Shown: positions 48,194 through 62,134 of the stretch, in pieces
Numbering within the stretch: position 1 is the stretch's first letter
How the letters are laid out: the number at the start of each line of letters is the position of its first letter
Source: Botryllus schlosseri
Lineage: Eukaryota
Assembly (NCBI GenBank): GCA_051294905.1
Contig: CM119371.1
Coordinates: 14,076,001 to 14,140,000 of the forward strand
DNA: 64,000 nucleotides
Direction of reading: 5' to 3'
The notes under the pieces: generated by a model
What the model was told of the DNA's origin: nothing
The model's input: the letters and a program-made list of their open reading frames with translations, nothing else
Database searches by the model: none
Translations under genes and position numbers: made by a program

Positions 48194-50153
48194 CACTAGA
48201 GTGTCCCACTATAGACAAATCCCACATGAGTACTTGAAAAAGTGGAGGTAATTCGTTGCTGACGGCTTCAGAGCAAGAGCAAGAGGCGGGGTTGACGATA
48301 TTAAATCTATATATTGTTCTATTCAACTTGGAGAAAACATGTGTTCTGTGTGTAAATCTTGTTTTGCGTATTCATCATTCCAATGTTCAGTATATATGAT
48401 CCATCTATCTCCGTACATAATTACAGGAATAGCTCATGCTATCGGTCAGCAACCTCATCAACTAGGCCTACGCCGACGCAAACAGTTATGTGACGAGCTG
48501 CAGGTGAGTATTCTCCTAGATTTTTGTATCCTCAGTCAGTTTCCATCTTTACATGGTTGCAACAAACTCCTATCAGCATTAGACTCGTTGAGTCGCCATG
48601 ATTAATTTAACGTATATTCTACCTCATTATTTTCATTGGAAGGACAGTTCCGGAATGAACCAAAATTTATATTAAATGAAGTTTTAAAAGTTACCTATAT
48701 GGAATATCATTGGAATTCTTAACATGCCATGTAGAAAAATCATGCGAATATGTTCTTTTGAAGGTTCAGCCTTGTGCATTCCGAAGATACTAAATGAAGT
48801 AAAGCGCAGACAAAAATGTAGCGATTGTTGTCATGTCATCGTGTATTTTGAACTGCAATAGCGTTTATGTTAGGGTTACCATATTTTAGAATCTGGAGAG
48901 GAGGACACTTTAACCAAATCATAAAAGTTAGTTGACCGAAATTGAAAACAACTGATTTTCTAATATCTACCAAATATGTTGTTGTGTTGACTAAAAAAGG
49001 TCGTCAATTTGACTTGACTTCCGATTCGCCCACTTTTTTCGTTGATTTGGTGGTGTTGACTAAAAAAAGGTCATCAATTCGGTTCGCTTTTAACCCCCTT
49101 TTTCCGGTAATGTGTGGTGTTGACTAAAAATCGCCGCCACTTTCATTCGAGTCCCGAATGACTCGCTCGCATGTCCGTATTACCTCTTCCACGTCATTTA
49201 TGCCGATTGTCAGTTTACACTAGCCATTATCTAAGCTGTAAAAGAGGACGGATTGTCAAAAAGGAGGACATTTAGGTGTCCCCGGTGGACATGTTCAATT
49301 CCCTTAAAAGAAGGACAAATCCGCCTAACTGAGGACCACATATGGTAACTCTAGTTCATGTGCGTAACCCATTCATACACGATGCTACTAACTCGAAAAG
49401 CGCTCAAATAGCTAGTGTCTCAACAGTGATTTTAAACAAGCGAAGATTTAAAATAGGTAGTCTGAGCTGTAAAAGCGATTTTATGCATTCTATAGTGCAT
49501 TTTTCGTGTTAAAGACTCCTCTTGGTGTTTTCTGGTTTACGGTATATCGATGCTGTCTTTTATTTTGATGATCTAGTATTGATATGATCTGTAACTGTTG
49601 TAATTCTTCGCTCCCAGTATGTAAACTGTACTGTACAGGCTGACCATGAAGCCTTGAAGCCCATGCATCTTGCATCTGAATGCAAATTTATAGCCAACAT
49701 CACAATATTATTTATATTGTATTTGAATTTGTCTATCTATATAAACTAGTAGTTACATGTGCTCTATAAATAAAACGGCCATAATGAAGAATGGAGACTA
49801 TACTATTTGCTGGATGGATTAGATTTCAATGCTCTGAATCACAATGCGCATTCGCGATTCTACGAATTACAGAGATTTAGCATGAGCTTCGTTATGAAAA
49901 CCAGTATTGAATTGCTGCTTTACATATAAATTAATTTATCTGGTCACGGGTGGGTCACCATGCTGGGTATATAGTTCCATGCCGAGTAAACAAGGACGTT
50001 GCACCGTCGTTGTAGACGGGGGGTGGGAAACTTTTTTGATATTCACGGCCGCATTTCGATTACTTATGTAGACTACGGCCGCATTTCCAGTACATATAGC
50101 CACAATGAACTAATTGGACATCAAATACCCATGTTAAACAGTCCAGTGTTCAT

Positions 50154-53100
50154 TAGGGTTGTTCAGAATTAACCGACTTTCAAAAAGTCTAGGTTTTCAG
50201 TCCGTTTCCCATGCCTTATACCTTAAAAACAAATTCTGGCTACTTTTTTTTGTAATTCATCCCCTGCATCCGTGTGCATTTTGCCGTTTTTTCATGCACC
50301 AAAAAAATTCTTCGGAATTTGGGGATTTCCCCGTTGTGAGTGACTCGACAGCAATCGCATGTGTTCTCATTGACGTGAAGCGGATGTTCTAGCGTTGGTG
50401 ACGCGCTAGGCACGGCAGTGAAATGGGGATCATTGATTACTCAGGTGTTTTGCTGCTTTGTTGTTGAAGAACTGTATTTACGATTGAGGTGCAGGACTTA
50501 CCAGGTAGCTTTTTGGCTCATGGTGTTAGCGAGTCTAGCGCAGGATTAGTGATTATATTATTGTAGCAGTATTGAATTATTCGATCTAATGGACCTGATA
50601 CTCTTTCTTGTCTACTGGGATAGAAAACAAAGCTTGTAAATGTATTTTCCAGTGACTGTGGAAAACAGCCAATCGGTTGCTCTGAATTTTATGTTATTTC
50701 CTAAGATAGCAATATACTGGTCGGAGTATTTCCAATTTAGGAATCATTATCTTCCAGAATCAATAACTGGATCTAATCCGACTATTCTTGCTCAAGTTCT
50801 GCAGTATGTGTTTGACCTAAGAGAACTGAAATGTTTCCAACTATTCTTTGTTGCTTGACTGAGTTGATGTATATTTATTTTTTTAGGATTAGCTCTAGTG
50901 CGAAATGTCTGAAAAAAAAGAAAATTGCCATCTAGTGATATAGTATCAAAGAAAACTAGAAGATCACGGTCACAGACACAGCATTTCCTAGCTGGGCCAT
51001 CTGAGGAAACATTACGAGATCGAAGCTGCTTACTCTTAGGAAAGTTATGCAGTATGTGTTACACCTAAGAGAGCATTCATATGCGAAAAATGAACCAGTA
51101 AAGTTACACATCCAGGACGTAGGAGATGAAGTACGGTAATAGGTTTTTGGTTCCTGGCTGCCACAAAGACCATCACACAAGTCAATGCCATTGAAAGATT
51201 AGAGACAGTGGGAAAACAGAAACCAAATGACTGTCACTAAAGAAAACTGCAGGCCAGCAATATGTATCAAGAAAACAAAGTGACTTTGAAGCCAACTTGA
51301 GTAAGCTATGGGCAATGGGCATAGAGGAGCTCCTGACGCGATGACGACAATTGAAGCAGGTACACTTCTCTCCGGCGATAAGAAACATGAATACAAAACA
51401 TTTTATTAGGATCAAAGGGGTCCGTGATTAGCAACGATTGGTGGCAAAGATACAGTGTTGAAAGTGAAAACCATGCAACAAAAGAGACGGACCGAGAGTG
51501 CACCAGCTTCAAGTAGCGAAGGTGAATTTACAGAGAGCTCATCTATATCTTCGCAGGTAGCTGACACTTCCCACAGCAGTGATTTCGAAGTGGCGCAGTT
51601 GACATCGGGTCATTCCTTTAAATTTGTGACTCTAAAAGCGCCTGTAAATCTGTTCAACGACAAAGACATATGCCAGGTTTCTGATCGCTTGAAAGTCAGC
51701 GATAATGCTGCTACCATGATAACTGCAGCACTGATTAAAGATTGCGATGGTGACCCTAATGACTTTCATCTTTCAAGATCTGAAACCTATCGACGACGCA
51801 TTGCAAATCGTTTTAAAATTCCTATGTCGATTGTGGAATAAATAGCAAACGATCCACCAAAGCACATCTCATTGCGCTGGAATGGAAAGCTCTCTAGGAG
51901 TCGTTTGAGGCCTTGGCAGTGCTGGCATCGTCTGCGTGTTCCAACGCATTTGAGAAGGGCAATCTTCTTGGCATTCGAACTCTGAGAGTGCTACAGGAAA
52001 TTACGGGCTGATCCGTCATTTGAACTGCTGGAACTTTATAATTTAACAAAAATGTCGGAGCTCTTGTGTTTGACGCAACATCCTCAAACAATGGAAAAAA
52101 TAAAGGTGCTGTTCTGTTACTTGAAGAATTGATAAACCGGAAAGTTTTTTACAGTGCTTGAATCCATCATATTCATGAACTAGTCATCCGGGAGATATGG
52201 AAGTAAAGTGTGTATTTGGATCGGCGACCACAGGCCCTGAAAACACAGATTTTAATACCTTCCAAGAAGTGGAAAGATATTGATCAATTAAGAAGCTCTG
52301 AAACACTTCTGTTTGATGAAGGCAGCGGGTTGGCGATGAAAGCTGATGAAGCAAAGCAAGAAATAATTCCACTGATTAAGCCATATAATGGAAAGCAGAA
52401 AGAATTCTTGATAAGAGATGAATACAGAGACTGTGCAACAGGCGCCTTGGTGATTTTAGATGAACAATATGTTGATAATCGTTTTCGCAAGCCTGGTGCT
52501 ACTAATAGCACTGGATGGACGAGTCAAGTGCTGTACTGTCAAAAAATGTTCATGTGGAGTGAGCAAATGGGCTATTCTGAAGAGTTCATTAGAAACTCGG
52601 TACGAATGAATATTGCCCAGTTTTATGTCTCAGCTTGAAAACTGGTATTGCATGTGACGCACAGAGTAATGATCTCAAATTCCTTCATGACATGACGGAC
52701 TTTACATCATGCGATTTCGCGGTTGCTGATGTGGCATATAAAAAGATGTGAAAACATCATTGGCATCTCACCAAGGAAACGGTGGTATCTACAATGTTCT
52801 CGGCTAAACCAATGATTCCTGACAAAGTGAAGGAAGCGATGGCTGCTAAATTGCTGCAAATGCCAATTCTTGAACAATTTCGCAGATGTGTACCTCTGAG
52901 TCTAATCTCTGACTCTGTCTCTGAGCCAATGAGTATGGTTGATTTAATTGGACTGGAATCGTGGTTTCTATTCGATGCTATACATACTGAACATGATTAG
53001 TTGGGTCTTCCAGTTTCGGAATGGCATACTGATCCGCATTTTGTGACTGCTTAAGAATTTGTGAGTAGCGTAGTGTTGAAGTAGTTCAAGACGCAGCAGA

Positions 53101-53779
53101 GCGTTTGGTAAAATTGAATACCGACTTTGATGCTTTAAAAACAGATGACAAAGAACAGCGGGCGAGCCTCTTACAAGCCGTGGGAGATCACGGGAACAGA
53201 TATGCCGATTTCTCTAAAGCAACCATTTCATCCACCTGATTTAAGTAGTAATTGCCGAGTTGATCTATTTCTTTTCCTTCTTGTTTCGTTTCCTGTGAAC
53301 AATGTGATGTTTAAAATGTGGCTGTGAGTGAATGTACATTCACAGTTGTATTCTTGCACATGGTGATCCCGGAAATTGATGGACAATCTCAGGTAGGGTG
53401 GAGGAGTGGAGGATATGTGATCCAACAAAATGACTATCAGTCTCAGGCAGTTTTGAGGAGTTCTAAGGGAGTGTGGGACATGAAATGGTGTCCTGAACCG
53501 GCAATACTTTCTATAGTAAGGTTATGTAGCACTCCAAACCGCAATAGCTGCATAAACCCAGCTTACATATGACGTTAACTAGCCTAGTCCGAATGGCGAT
53601 ACCCAAATTTTAGGGGAATCCCCTATTTTTAGCCAATATTCTTCCAGCTCAAAATGCACACGGATGCAAGGGATGAATTACGAAAAAAAGTAGCTAGAAT
53701 ATGTTTTTATGGTATAAGGCATGGGAATCGGACTGAAAACCACGACTTTTTGAAAGTCGGTCAATTCTGAACAACCCTA
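50154..53779 (+). mobile_element. hATm-type transposon with decayed transposase (about 50980-53240)
   Basis: Imperfect TIRs of about 130 bp starting TAGGGTTGTTCAGAATT, perfect TSD GTGTTCAT. Remnant motifs RWNGKL, FDATSSNNG, HHIHELV, RDEYR, RKPGA and DAAERLVKL occur with stops and frameshifts. Confidence 0.9.
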
Positions 53780-54195
53780 GTGTTCATGTCCATTTGCGGT
53801 GAACTCCGAAGTAATCTATACTTTTTCATATCGTCTAACTATACGCATCGAAATCGCTAGCGGCCATATATTGAATAGTAGGGATGGTGTGAACCTCTGA
53901 AAGGTTCAGGTTCGTGTGAACGCGAACCTTTTTGAAAGGTTCTGTGGGAACACGAACGTGAACCTCGTGACGTCATATTGCTAATTCCAACCCTATCTTC
54001 CAATGAAGTGATAGCCTATATTAATGTACACCAGGGGTTACCAACCTTTTTGCAACCGAGGGCTACTTTTGAGTAATGATTGAAGCGGCGGGCTACTATT
54101 TACTCCCGCCATTTACCCGTACCACACTGAATTTCCGCTTTGATATTCATAGCACTGGGCAGGACTGGACATCATGTTATCTGTTTCTATAGCAG

Positions 54196-54456
54196 TCAGT
54201 GGGATGCCTGGTATTGTATGATATCAACTAGTGCGCTGTACTCTGGTATGTAACTTGACACTGCAATTCTGAGTGAGTGTTCCAGATGTGCATTGATTGA
54301 GCGTGTTTTGTGTTTGCTTTTGATGAAGTTCATGTCCGAAAAGGCTGATTCACAACGATAGGTTGAACCATAGACGCTTGCAACCTTCATAGCTGCTGCG
54401 CATACACCACTGTACTTTTCCGTATCAACAATATGCACCAAATGTTTGCTGCACAC
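54196..54456 (-). pseudogene. Buster/SPIN (GTF2IRD2-like) transposase C-terminal remnant
   Basis: YGSTYRCESAFSDMNFIKSKHKTRSINAHLEHSLRIAVS..QASH*, next to a caggggttaccaacc end at about 54032. Confidence 0.8.
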
Positions 54457-56180
54457 TCAGGTGGGGGTCATTTTGCAGTATTACAATTTCAATCAACAAC
54501 TGTTCAGCATCCAGAAATGACAAGATTTCATTATACCGGACAGCAGCAACGATTACAGAAAGTTAGAAACATGGTATATTAAACTGCATTGAGTGTAACA
54601 GAAACAAGCTGTGCAAAAAGATGCAATACGTAATGGGTAAGTTATAAATGATGATGCATATTCGCGTGGGTTAATTGGTATTAGTCACTTTGTTGCATGC
54701 TGTTATTTCAAGATTTTCGGTCTAGTGGTAAGATACTGGAATCTCCCAAACGTACCAGCAGAAACAAATTTCTTTTGTGAGGAGCACGCGATTCCAAGTT
54801 GGTATTTCTACAAGGACAGCATCATTTTCCTCCGCTGTTCGTATCTGTACTCCGGGGCTCAGATTGCAATGGGCGCACTATATTAGAATCGAAAAATGAA
54901 GTCGCATTGAATCGCGCGTAGTGCGATGGCAATTTCAAGATCAATTAAGTCCCTCAAAGATTAATTAATCTCTCAACAATTCGAGAGTCAATTCGTAAAT
55001 TCAATTTTAATGTCAACGGCCATCAACACATACCAATTGAATTACGTGTCCACGGCCGCACAAATTAACTTCTACGGCCGCGGGAGTGCCACGCCTGGTG
55101 TAGGCCTACTGCGTTAAATACTGATGAGAATATGACGTCCTAATACCGGCAAGGCACTCATTACTATCAAGACGCACAGCCAGATTTAAAATTCGATTAT
55201 TCAAGTGTGACTGAAGCAAGATCTATATATGAGCGTATGACCTTATCAATTGAAATCTGATTTCTGCCAAATGCGCAATTTGTTGAAATTTGGTATTGCT
55301 GCAATCATAGGCGCCGACTTTTATTTTTACATGGGTGGCGAGATGAAAAAGGGGAGGGGTTTGAATAAAAGGGGGGGTTGAAATTGTTTCAAATTTACCA
55401 AGCTAGCATCAATTTATTACGGTTAAGCACATGCGTAAATGCTCATAATACATGGATAGGACGAGCTTCATCGTGTTAACGAATTTACGCGTATAAAGTG
55501 CGCGTAAGCTTGCCAGCGAGTCCAGCGTAATTCAACGCCGTGCACTGCACAATGCACAGTATTAATAACAAATCAAACACTGACAGGTGACGTCGAGTGA
55601 ATGCGAGTGTATAAAGCAGACAAGAATTAGTGGCCTACAGATGATAGCAAGCGAGAAAGCGCGCATCTAACCAGTAATTCATCAACTTGCGTAGAGCACA
55701 ATGGGGTCCGAGTATCACATCGTGACAATTGATGGCTCATTATAATGACGTTTGAGCTACATTGCTGAATTTCCCGATAAAAGTTAGCAAAGCCTTGTAG
55801 GAGTAATGAATATGCGCACTTTGCGCAGGAATGACTTTCAATTCGCAAGCATACACAAACACCCTGTCGTATTTCGCGCTCCAATTAAAAAGACTCACGA
55901 AACTAACTCAAGAATTATTTTGTAAACGAATATGCGCACAAATACATTTTAAACAGCTTCTTTGAGGTACAGAACTTCAATATACAATTGAATAGAATAT
56001 TCATATTGAAATGAACCCGAATATTTTTATACAGCGCAGCTTACAATTACGGCATTCGAGACCACATTACTTTTTCAGTGCAGTGTTTCACGGAACTTTT
56101 TATGTATAAATGTACAGTGACGCTGGTATTGACGTTACCCTAAAAAACAGACAATTTATATACAATTTTTAACGTAATTC

Positions 56181-56360
56181 TGTCTGTTTGTTTGTTTTGG
56201 GTATTCATGGTGTTTGTCGACTACTATGGTCATTTACACCAGGCCGATATTCTTCTTATTTTCCGTAACGGCCGACTTATAGCACAGTCCACCTCTTGGC
56301 TTTTTGTAAGACACCGCTGACGCGGATGAGGGGGCGAGGAGGAGCCTAGGTAAACCTCCT
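56181..56360 (-). mobile_element. 5'-truncated SINE copy
   Basis: Matches the 3' half and tail of 332-600. Confidence 0.7.
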
Positions 56361-58004
56361 AGCTAGGTAAACCTGTCCTTTGTTGCTCCATCTACCGTTA
56401 AACAAAACTTTGGTAGTCTGGCCAAATATTTCAGGATCGGATCTGATAAATACTATCACTGCCTTTTATAAAGCCTGATTAACATCAAACGGCATAGAAG
56501 CATCTCTATGACCCAAAAACATTTTAAATAACTGGCCTGGAGTGCAATTAATTATCCCATCTCTTCTGCGATATGATTTATTTGAAATATTGAACGTTAG
56601 AAATCGAACGCATTTCCAAATACTTCACCGCTTCTTCCTGCTTCCTATCTTTATTCTGGTCTAAAGAAAATACGTATCAACATAAAATCTTTGCTTCTTC
56701 ATGCAGATATCGAATAGTATGTTCATTGCTCAACTATTTTCATTGAAGGCAAAGGCATGGGTCCATGTAACGTTACATTTCTGACACTGATGCAGCCATT
56801 GAAAGGTGTGGTGACAACGATCCCCCACTCAAGTGAAAGTCACTGTAGTTAGGGTTTATATCATTGGTTCCCAACCTTTTTGATATCGGGGCTGCATTTC
56901 AATCCACAGAGTACGCTGGAGCCACATCAAAATATTCAAGTACATAAAATGATGCAATTTAAAGCATAAGCAATGCACATTGCGCATAGACTTCTTTAGA
57001 TCCATATCAATTGGTTGAGCATTGATAGCCTACGCATTTTAGAGATTGCTATTCAATGACACAAGGAATGCATATCAATTCTACAACGTAAGATATATGT
57101 CGTTATGTGATAGAACTCGTTCCTATACATCAATATTATAACGCAGAGCTCATGTTTATGTAATGTTATTGATGTGTAATCTGACTCCAGAAGGTTGCGT
57201 TGCGTATCCGCTGCGTGTATCTGTTTCTGACGGCTCTAGATATGACGTAACACGCGACATGGAATCAGATATAATTTTGAATGTAGGCCTACCTCGATTG
57301 TATATGAAGGAATTTCATAGCACGCGCCTCCGCCTATGCATTCACTGCAATATGTGACTATAACGGCGTGATAGTTCTTATCAATTTTTCTCGCGAGGTA
57401 CGAGGTCTTATCGGATGTTTCTTGGGAATTTGGTAATATCTTTAGATAATGCGTTTGCAATCCTTCCACCGGAATGTAATGGATATCTAACGTTATACTT
57501 ATGAAAAAGCCTATAATAAGGGAAGAAAAATTGAACTCATTCTGAATTTGGCTTGGCTACAAGGCATTATATTGGTGTTAGCAAAATTATATGGACTGAG
57601 CACGGGCTTGGGTATGTTTTCGATCACCATCAGAAAGCAGGACAGATTCCGGCCATCAGGTCCGTGCGTTTGACGCTAGTCTGCATGAAGTCTTTCCCTG
57701 ATATTCAGAAGTCACCTTAAACGGCTTGGAGTCGCCTCGAATGGATTTACGCATCTCTTTATTGTGACGCCGTGTCGTATTTGTGAAGTGTAATGCGGTA
57801 TGCGAAGTGCCCACAAGTCTGAGCGTTGTCTTGTTGATAACGCATCTGCCATAATCAATCACCAATCACTAAATGAACGGTGCATTTTTGATTGACAAAG
57901 TTTAGCTAGATCCACCGACGTCTGACATGTTCACACATCTCATGTTAACATAGCTCAGACAATAAATTCAGGAATGTGGAATAAACATATACGCGTATAC
58001 TCAC

Positions 58005-58210
58005 TGCAAAAGATAGCAGATTCCCTCATAGCAATAATGATAACCCCAGGAGCAATCATAGTTAGAGATGCATTCACCTATAATGAGCAATATATTTCGT
58101 TATCTGTAGCATGATTTAAAAAAGATTTATGACTCACCTGCATCTGCATCATCCACGAAAAATAGCAGCCCGGTGATTATAGTTACGAATGCACGAAGTA
58201 GATTCACCAT
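58005..58210 (-). CDS. Small secreted or surface Cys/Tyr-rich protein, exons 58138-58210 and 58005-58077
   Basis: MVNLLRAFVTIITGLLFFVDDADA|GECISNYDCSWGYHYCYEGICYLL; 60-nt GT-AG intron in phase 1, with GTGAGT donors on both exons. Confidence 0.7.
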
Positions 58211-59128
58211 GTTTGTGCTCCTGAGTTCGAATACAACTAAATTTAAAATGCGTCGCGTTTTATGCTGTCTCTGGGATTTCTGATGTCATTTATCAACGAC
58301 ACCGGTGCGTATTTTTTTATCGTCTTGCCTGTGCCTACTATCTTGTCTGTTACACGAAAGATCCGCACATTTATGCGATCTCACGTTTCAAGTTTTGACA
58401 GATGTCACGAACAATGTCGTCGATTGTTATCATGTTTTGGGTTTAATTTGAGCACGATGTCGTTTCCAGATGAGTCACCCCAGCTAAAATCGATTCGCCG
58501 AGCCTTCTAGCTGCGCTACTGAACAAATGCAGGTCATAAATATCGCAACGGAATAATCAGGTGCTAGGCGTGATGACGACTAATCTCGATGCGTTAACAC
58601 CACTCATGAACATGTTTTATAGCTGCAGTTCCCATATATGCCGACATCTGAGAAAAATCGCTGCCGCCATAACTGGTTTCACACCTTCACCTTTCATCTA
58701 ATGTAAGGCTGCCATATGTGAGGATTTTTCAGGACATGTCCGGAATTTCCCCGTTCAAATGCGTCCGAGAGGAAATTCTAAAATGTGCCCAAATGTCCGA
58801 AATTATGAAGGATTGATGTAGGCTTAAAAGTTTTTCATCAATCAACATAAACAATATTATTTTTCGGTAGATTTATACCAATGGGACAATCTCTTTGAGT
58901 TACGCGCGATTTAGCGTCATATACGTTGATTCTAATAAGGGGGCCACCGTCCTCGCAAAAATGCAATTGACAATATATAACAATAATGACCATTCACTGA
59001 AATAAGTCTAATTGTAATCGCAATTATAACCGAACGGTTTATTCCCCAGAATCGGTCAAGGCCGTTTGGCTGCTTTAGTCAAAGACGATGGTTCCAAATC
59101 TTCGGTTCGTTGCCATAGGTATCGCAAC

Positions 59129-60846
59129 CAGACATGGGGTAATCGCGATTAGTAATCGTAATCGATTACGACGATTACAGCATTTTCAAGTAATCGTAAT
59201 CGCAATCGACTACTTCCCATATTTAATCGATTTGTTTGTGAAAGAACGATTACTTTATATTTGGACAGGACTATGACATAAACTGAACAAGGAAGAGGTA
59301 TTATACCAGTTAGTGATAGCACAAACGTCAGATTTACAAATGCCACTGCTCATTATTACGTCAGAAGCGACCTATTAGCTTTTGCTCGTCAATGCGTAAG
59401 AAGTATCCAGCTATCCACACATAGTGAATAGATATTCGATGTACATTAGTGTGATTGTAAGAACACTTACCGTGCTGTATATCAGGTTATCAATACATTA
59501 CAGACGCCACTACCTCGCAGCAGGATAATTAATCACCACTCTGCCTAGTTTAAAATAGTAACTTTTGTATTGATGTTTGTTTATGCTTAGTTAAACGCAG
59601 TTTGACCGTTGCTGCTTGGCGAGCAGTAGGCCTATGTAGTACGAACGTACATCGGACAAAAGTTTGAAATTTTTCAGCCTACTCGTCAAATAAAACATTA
59701 CGGTTTCCACGACGAAGCATTCAAAATCAACAGCTGCTGATATATATCATAACAAAGCCGTTTCTCGTAATATCCGTTTGCATTACATTATCTGTATTAA
59801 GTTGAAGGCAGAATTTTATGTTCACTTTCTATTATTCTGATATGATTCTGCTTGAAACGGGCGCCAATCGTTATTTGACAATTTTTTACTCAACATTTGG
59901 ATCTGCCGCCATAGCCATCGGCTTATATGCAATGTTAGCGTGGCTTCCAGCTAGAATCAGGTCAAAAACAGCAAATCGTCCCCCACTCCAAACGCTGGTC
60001 TTGGGCCCCCATAGGGTAGTAAATTTTCAAGTTGAAGATTTAATTTCGTCAATAATATTGGTAATTGCATTGTATTACTATTCATTTTTAATCCTCTCTC
60101 AGCCTCCGATGGTCAGATTTACCTGAAGAGCCGGGAGCACGTAATTCATAATCATGTTAGGGTTACCACATTTTGGAATCGGGAGAGGAGGACACTTTTT
60201 CAAAATTTTCGAACTTAGAATACCGGTGGAAAATCCTGAAAAATGGTAAATTTGTTCCACTTCTAGTCGGTTGACTAAAACAAGGTCAACTTTCGCTCGA
60301 CTCGGCTCCCGAATTACCCGCCTGAGCGTTAATTCAGTGCAATTTTATGGTATCTCAGTCCAATTTTAACTAAAATTCTAAAAAAAGAGGACAACATCTC
60401 AAAAAGGAAGACATTTGGACATTTAGTCTATAATTTGTGTTGGTATACAGAATACTTTTGAGTCCCCATCGAGCTCGCTCCCCACCCTATTAGGAAATTT
60501 GGGGTGCGGCAGGACCTGGCAAGAATGCAAATCGTTGAGTGCGATAAATCGTCCAATATAAAATGCGCAATTGGTACTTTATGACGTAACAAGCAAATGT
60601 CGCATCTTTGGTAAAGAAAGTTATTAGGCCTTTTCAGCGCAATCCATATATTGCCTTCCAATATAACTTCGAAGATGCAAAATAAATGTAATCGTAAGTA
60701 ATCGTGATTACTTTTCCAATGTAATCGTAATCGTAATCGACTACTTGCTGATTTTGCTGTAATCGTAATCGTAATCGTAATCGCGTCATTCAGAAGTAAT
60801 CGTAATCGCAATCGATTACATTCACGAAGTAATCACCCCATGTCTG
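59129..60846. mobile_element. hAT element with (GTAATC)n subterminal arrays and nested fragments
   Basis: TIR cagacatggggt, perfect TSD ATCGCAAC. Confidence 0.9.
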
Positions 60847-62134
60847 ATCGCAACCAAGTTTGTCAATGTTTTAATTCGGGCAGTTTGTGGTAGATACCTT
60901 GACTGTTTCATAGCATAATAGATGAAGACATCATGAAGGCGGTGCTTAACGAAGTAGAGTTAGATCCAGCAACATGTTCACATTTCTCAATTAATCAATG
61001 CAGGAACGCGGAATAAACATATACGCTTATACTCACCGATAGACGACTGAATAAGTGCAATCAATGTCCCGATCGATTTTATTTTTTATCTTCATTTCTG
61101 GTTGGAACTGTTTGTTGTTACGAATTAGTTTTGCCTGAAAAATCGTTTTTGACCTAAAAACTGTCTGATTAAAAGACGAATCTTCAAATCGTTTAAGCAC
61201 CTCCTATTTTTTCATTATATCGCAATCTTGTGATTTGATAAGAAATTTAATAAAGTGATGATGATGGTGATGAAGTAGTCAACGGTAGTAGTAACTTAAG
61301 GGTTGCCATACATTCGGAATTTCCCGGACATGTCCGGAATTTCACCGTAAAAACTGCGCCCGGGAGGAAATTCTTAAATATGCTAAAGTGCCCGGAATTT
61401 TGAAGGCTAGGTTCAGAATTTTTTTCGTTAATTAAACAAATATTATTTTTAAGCAGATTCATGTTATTTTGAATTTTTCTTCACGCTGGGCGTGATTTAA
61501 TACAACGTAAATTAATTAATATGGGGACCACGCATCGCCTTCGCCAAAACGCGATCATAAAGAAAAAAATAATCATCATTTACTGAAATGAATTTAATTG
61601 TAATCGCAACTATAAGATAATGGTATATTCCCAAGACTGGTTAGGGCCGATTGGATGCTTTAGTTAGTCAAATACAGTTGATCTAAACCTGGAGTTGTTT
61701 TCCTATATTATGGTGATCGCGAAGATGTTGGACGTTATCATATCAGCTTCCAAAATAGGCCTTGAGTAAGTCGGACCGGATAAGGTTCACCAGATCTGTT
61801 GCAGACCCAAGCAATCACAAGAGCTCACATTAGAGATGGCCCAATTCAAAACCTACGTTCGACTCCACTCCTGTATGCGGACGATATGCGAAGCGTTGCC
61901 AGTGTGACGTCATATTTACTGACAATCTCTTCCTACCTCGTTGTTAAACCCGCTAGTGGGCGCTATTGTTAAATTCTATAAATTACTAGTACAGATGGCG
62001 CTCTCGCACACTACACCAAGTTGAGGTTAAGAAGTGGTTGAAGGTTCTTTTAGACCGCGACCAAATCTTAATTTTAGTTGCACCTTACGACCCAAGCCCT
62101 TCACCAAAATGCACGCATTTTCAATATTAGTATG

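Noticed and set aside
48427..48503. AG...GT-bounded segment GIAHAIGQQPHQLGLRRRKQLCDELQ (a similar one lies at 41803-41861)
   Set aside because: The splice signals are plausible, but I could not assign either segment to a protein or phase it with neighbouring exons.
59149..60811. ORFs with RLRLRL/ITITIT tracts
   Set aside because: These are translations of (GTAATC)n subterminal repeats of a MITE.
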